In this document: one piece after another, positions 38,073 to 42,442 of the stretch
Layout: every line of letters begins with the position of its first letter
How positions within the stretch are numbered: position 1 is the stretch's first letter
Source: Ignavibacteria bacterium
GTDB taxonomy: Bacteria; Bacteroidota; Ignavibacteria; Ignavibacteriales; Ignavibacteriaceae
Length of the DNA: 42,442 bases
NCBI GenBank assembly: GCA_050114555.1
Contig: JASFSF010000001.1
Span: 1 to 42,442, forward strand
Direction: 5' to 3'
Notes under the pieces: generated by a model
Told to the model about the DNA's origin: nothing
The model's input: the letters and a program-made list of their open reading frames with translations, nothing else
The model's database searches: none
Made by a program: the position numbers and the translations under genes

Positions 38073-40080
38073 TATTGAGATTGATGGATTAGATGAAGTA
38101 GTATTAGGTACTATATATGAGCATAGAATTAATTCTAGTTTAGATGAAGTAGTGGTTAGTTATGATAATAGTGCAACTACATATATAGATCCTAATGAAT
38201 ATCATTTAGTTAGTTCTGGTATTTACACTGGTAGGCTAGATGGTAATGTTCCTCAGTGGCTTACAGATTATGTAAGTGATCAATTAAGTACAGGTGGATC
38301 GTTAGATGTTAATCCAATTATTGAGGAAATAAGAGATAGATTAACTAATGCAGAAAATAGTGTTAACCAGAATCTAACGTATATACAAACTGCAGATAGT
38401 ACTTTATCAGCATTAGAGACTACTGTAGTTGCAAATTATAATGAAAATCATGCAGGTATATTAAGTTTAGAGCAATCCGTAGCTACTAAACAAGAGGCAT
38501 CTACTCTAGCAGTAGATGTACAACAATCACTGTTTGGTGGTGATGTTGAAGCCTATGTTACAAGTGTTACAGCTACTTATGCAAATGACCATTTAGCATA
38601 TGCTAGTGACTATCAAACACTAGTAGCTGCATATAATGATATAGAAGTTTCAATTGAAGAAGTTGATGAGGTAATAGCGGGCGAATATTCACTTTGGGAT
38701 GGTGTATCAGAACCACAATTAGGTCAGATTAGAGTTAATGGTACTATAACTGAACAATATCTTGGAGTTGCTTTAGGATGGGTACAAACTACTGTAGGTA
38801 AAACATTAGAACTAGCACATGCAGGTAATCAGGTATTTAGACAAACTACTACACCTTCTGCAAATGATTTAGGTGATATATGGGTAAGAACTAATTATTA
38901 CTATACATCATTAACTGGAACAAGTATATCTTCTAATTTAGCTTATCAGCAATATGGTTATGCAATATATAAGTGGAATGGTAGTTCTTGGGTTATTCAA
39001 GCAAATGGTGCGATAGGTGATTCAGTAATTGGATGGGCAGCTAGTTCTCGTAAATTGATTACTAATCCTACTACTGGGGCTATAACAGGATGGGCTTTTG
39101 GGGATGGTAGCAATGCTACATCTACATTTGCTGTTTATGCTCAGAACTTTAGAGTAAATGATGGTACAAATACAGCAGCATGGAATGATTCTTTTAGTAT
39201 TCAGGCTGGTTCACCTAATAGAATTAAATTTAATGGTATTGTAGACTTTACCAATACTAGTATGACTGATTATGAAAATGATATTATTACTAGTAATATT
39301 TATAAACCCGGTACTACTACTATTAATGGAGGGATTTTAGCTACTGATACTATCTGGATTGGTGGTGGTATTCAATCTAATAACTATGTCTGGGGAGGGG
39401 AGTACACCACTGGTTTTGGACTCTTTGCTGAAGGTGATCCTGATAGTGGAGAAGAGTATAACATCATTGGTGGTGGGATCTATGGCTCACATATTGATGG
39501 AGCATTAATCTGGGGATCTTTTATCAGCTCTGTGATTAGTGTATCATATAGGTCTCGTGTTTATAATGCAAGTAATAAACCTACACGAGCAACTGCAGTG
39601 GCAAGGTTCTACTCAGATGAAGATGCATACTCGCCGAAGTTTACCGGCCTTGGCATCTATGCTCACGATGAATACTATGATGTTGGCTCGCCTCCTCTTC
39701 ATCCAGAGTATGGAGATAGTATTGTTAGGTATCATAGCAGTACTCCAAGGATCTACCTTAACGGATACTCAACAGAACCTGGATACGTTTATCTTTGTAA
39801 ACGGTCTCTAGCAGGAGATATTACTGTCAGGGTATTCTATGATAAGTACAACTATGTATCTGCTACATTGTCAAGTGGTAGTACAGTTACTCTTAGAGGC
39901 ATTCCGTTCAAACAGGACACCAACGGAAATATCATGATCAAGAATAGTTTTGATCATGGAGGGTTGAATGCGAGTTCAGGATCAACTATCTTAACTCCAT
40001 TTGCTATACAGCTTGTTACAACCACATATACGTTTACCGATTTTTCAGAAATCAATCTCATAACTCAAAATGGATCATAA
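38065..40080 (+). CDS. second tail fibre / tail protein (671 aa), GTG start
   Basis: AGGAGAG lies 4 nt upstream of the GTG. Coiled N-terminal third, Gly/Ser/Thr/Asn-rich beta-type distal part. GC rises in the last ~550 nt. Confidence 0.6.
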   Translation: MLDIEIDGLDEVVLGTIYEHRINSSLDEVVVSYDNSATTYIDPNEYHLVSSGIYTGRLDGNVPQWLTDYVSDQLSTGGSLDVNPIIEEIRDRLTNAENSVNQNLTYIQTADSTLSALETTVVANYNENHAGILSLEQSVATKQEASTLAVDVQQSLFGGDVEAYVTSVTATYANDHLAYASDYQTLVAAYNDIEVSIEEVDEVIAGEYSLWDGVSEPQLGQIRVNGTITEQYLGVALGWVQTTVGKTLELAHAGNQVFRQTTTPSANDLGDIWVRTNYYYTSLTGTSISSNLAYQQYGYAIYKWNGSSWVIQANGAIGDSVIGWAASSRKLITNPTTGAITGWAFGDGSNATSTFAVYAQNFRVNDGTNTAAWNDSFSIQAGSPNRIKFNGIVDFTNTSMTDYENDIITSNIYKPGTTTINGGILATDTIWIGGGIQSNNYVWGGEYTTGFGLFAEGDPDSGEEYNIIGGGIYGSHIDGALIWGSFISSVISVSYRSRVYNASNKPTRATAVARFYSDEDAYSPKFTGLGIYAHDEYYDVGSPPLHPEYGDSIVRYHSSTPRIYLNGYSTEPGYVYLCKRSLAGDITVRVFYDKYNYVSATLSSGSTVTLRGIPFKQDTNGNIMIKNSFDHGGLNASSGSTILTPFAIQLVTTTYTFTDFSEINLITQNGS

Positions 40081-40161
40081 GGATAACCTATGATATGTGA
40101 TATAACTCCCATCCTTTGTAGTAGTGGATGTTACAGTATATATACAAGATAAGGAAATTAA

Positions 40162-40983
40162 ATGGCAACATGTAGTGTAAAATTAGACTTAAACGAAATT
40201 AATGGTAAAGTCATTGAGTATTATAAAGAATTGATGGATGCTAGTACAGCACAAGATAGTATATATCTTAAAGCAAAAGAGACACTTACAGCTATTCTGG
40301 ATGAAGCTGGACTAGATAATAGAGAAAAGTCTAATATATTAAGTCAGACAATAGCTAGTATGGTGGGTGGATTGAGTTCTCAAGCTATGCAAGGTGCAAT
40401 TGATTTAGCTAAAGATGATAGAGATTCAGAGTATGTATTAGCGAAACTATGTGCAGATACAGAATTTACTCAAGCACAAAAAGATAAATTAGTGGCAGAT
40501 ACTGCTAATGTTGTAGCAGATACAAATAACAGAATTGCTCAAGGTTGGTTAGCACAAGCACAGCTATTTAGAGATTATGGTGTAATTCCTGATAATTTGA
40601 CATATACACATGAAGAACTAGATAGCATTGATTATGATGTAGATTATGGTACTAAACACGAGAGTATTAGACTAGCTCAAGGAAATGTGTATAATACATA
40701 TGCAAATGCTTATAGACAAAATGGACTAGTTACATTAGCATATAATGCAGATGGTTCTTTAGCAGGAACTACAAGTGCTGATACAGAAGGATTGACTTAT
40801 TGGCAAACTAGAGTAGCTGAACGTAATGAAGGTGCTTTTGATGATAATATGCGTCAGCATGTCGCTAATAGTTCAGCTACAATGATGAGTATGCTACTTA
40901 GTACAGAAGCTAGTGGTATTGATTATGACCCATATCTCTTAAAATGGACAACTGCAATTGATTATTTAAATACTGATCAGTAA
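40162..40983 (+). CDS. virion protein (273 aa)
   Basis: Track ORF; AAGGAA RBS. Confidence 0.55.
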   Translation: MATCSVKLDLNEINGKVIEYYKELMDASTAQDSIYLKAKETLTAILDEAGLDNREKSNILSQTIASMVGGLSSQAMQGAIDLAKDDRDSEYVLAKLCADTEFTQAQKDKLVADTANVVADTNNRIAQGWLAQAQLFRDYGVIPDNLTYTHEELDSIDYDVDYGTKHESIRLAQGNVYNTYANAYRQNGLVTLAYNADGSLAGTTSADTEGLTYWQTRVAERNEGAFDDNMRQHVANSSATMMSMLLSTEASGIDYDPYLLKWTTAIDYLNTDQ

Positions 40984-40996
40984 TAAAGGTAATATA

Positions 40997-42442
40997 ATGT
41001 ACGTAATCGAAGATAGAGTAACTCCTACAATACAAGGATTCATGAATCTTCTACGTACTAAAAATGTATTTCTTGGGTATTTTCCACATAAATGGGTAGA
41101 TAATCTTGGGTTTGATGTAGAAGAAAGTGATCCAAGTGCTATAAAAGTATTTGATAAAATGTATTTTTATAATGGTGATGTACTAGATACTGCAGCACAT
41201 AAGAAAATTTATCATTTATTTAATATAAAACTAAATGACTTACAAGAAGAAAGTTATGATGGCGTAGAGAAATGCTGGTTTGAGTTAAAATGGGAAAATA
41301 GAGAAGATCAATTAGATATAGAAGATTTAAAAACTTTTATAAATAATACATTACCGTTAAATGGTGAAGGGTATTCAGATTGGGTTACAGTGGATAATAT
41401 TGTATATGACCCACTTGATACTGAAGCACCATTATATAGAGATGATTCTAGTATAGCTAATAGATTGCGTACTTCGATAATAGATACTTCTTATTCAATT
41501 AGTGAAGAACATATTTGTACTGCTTTAGCATTACTAGATACTAATCAAGATTTATTTGAAACTAAGTTTATAGTTACTCATAAACATCTAGCTACTCACA
41601 GGTATGATCTCAGAACAGATAGTAGATATATACTTAGTGCTAATATTAGATTAGAATTTCGTCGAAAAACTGAAGTTACAGACCCATTAATTATAACTTA
41701 CTTAAATAAAATTAAAGATAGGATTGATAATTTAAATAATTATAGTGGGATTTTGTTGAATAGGTATAGTAATGCTAGAAATCAGTTATTAGATACTTCT
41801 TCAACAACTAGTGTAAATGCTCAATTATTAGAGATTTATAAACAGATTAATCCAATAACTGGAATTACATTGGTTCATCACACTAGTTTAAATGGTGATT
41901 TTATAAAGTATGACGAACTAGCGGCTCTTAATGCTCATGACTTTAGTGAAATATTAGGTAAGCTATTGACTACTGATTTTAAGAAAAAAGAAGCATCTAC
42001 GTTTGTTAAACTTTTGACAGTAGCTGCTGTATTTGCAGTAATAATATTATCTGCAGGAGCAGGAGCTATAGCAGCAGGTGGCTTGGCAGGTATAACAGCA
42101 ACTGCGGCATTTGCAGGTGCAATGGCTTTTAACTTAGCACTAGGTATACTAGCATTAGGTTTAATATCAAAATTTGCAGCAGATGCAGGAAGCTATGGTG
42201 CAGCAGCATTTATAGGTAGGTCTATTCAAATATTAGGTATGTTAAGTACTTTCCTAAGTGTGATTTCATCAATTGGTACATCACCAGTAAAGTTTCTAGA
42301 ACTATCTGGTAAATCATTTTTAACTACGATTAAAGAAATTAGTTTTACTGACTTACTAGATGTAGTAAAAACTGAAGTAGTTGAGTTTACAAGGCAATCT
42401 ACTATGAAAATAATAACGCAGACTACAGATTGGTTAACACAA
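40997..42442 (+). CDS. large virion/ejection-type protein, 5' partial (482 codons, open to the window end)
   Basis: Read by hand with no stop from the ATG at 40997. Gly/Ala-rich glycine-zipper membrane segments (AVFAVIILSAGAGAIAAGGLAGITATAAFAGAMAFNLALGILALGLI). Confidence 0.6.
   Translation, partial: MYVIEDRVTPTIQGFMNLLRTKNVFLGYFPHKWVDNLGFDVEESDPSAIKVFDKMYFYNGDVLDTAAHKKIYHLFNIKLNDLQEESYDGVEKCWFELKWENREDQLDIEDLKTFINNTLPLNGEGYSDWVTVDNIVYDPLDTEAPLYRDDSSIANRLRTSIIDTSYSISEEHICTALALLDTNQDLFETKFIVTHKHLATHRYDLRTDSRYILSANIRLEFRRKTEVTDPLIITYLNKIKDRIDNLNNYSGILLNRYSNARNQLLDTSSTTSVNAQLLEIYKQINPITGITLVHHTSLNGDFIKYDELAALNAHDFSEILGKLLTTDFKKKEASTFVKLLTVAAVFAVIILSAGAGAIAAGGLAGITATAAFAGAMAFNLALGILALGLISKFAADAGSYGAAAFIGRSIQILGMLSTFLSVISSIGTSPVKFLELSGKSFLTTIKEISFTDLLDVVKTEVVEFTRQSTMKIITQTTDWLTQ

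Overview
AT-rich (roughly 30-35% GC by eye) fragment of a tailed, apparently virulent phage; the overlapped spanin pair implies a Gram-negative host. No integrase, repressor or CRISPR array is visible. Layout: (i) two minus-strand tRNA genes at 302-495. (ii) A left arm (524-12553) of about 45 short, translationally coupled minus-strand genes (many TAATG/ATGA junctions). It includes a 583-aa T7-like single-subunit RNA polymerase, a SpoT/Mesh1-type HD alarmone hydrolase, a DUF2829 (Tad2-like) protein, a secreted SLT-like transglycosylase and many membrane mini-proteins. UUCG-loop hairpins and a 36-nt homopolymer punctuate it. (iii) A 665-bp coding desert (12554-13218) at the strand switch, carrying three T7-promoter-like boxes, each followed by its own hairpin. 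(iv) One plus-strand winged-helix-like gene, then a higher-GC six-gene minus-strand cassette (13985-15039) bracketed by GAGATG..AGTGTGGG repeats. (v) A plus-strand arm (15363 to the window end): four tandem paralogs with a shared C-terminal YPEYFI tail, a T5orf172 protein, TerS-like and TerL genes, a long mosaic tail fibre, a holin/spanin/endolysin cassette, portal, scaffold, an N4-gp56-like major capsid protein, a second fibre, and a large open-ended virion protein. Late-module gene order resembles N4-like podophages. All functional calls come from motifs read by eye; no database search was possible.
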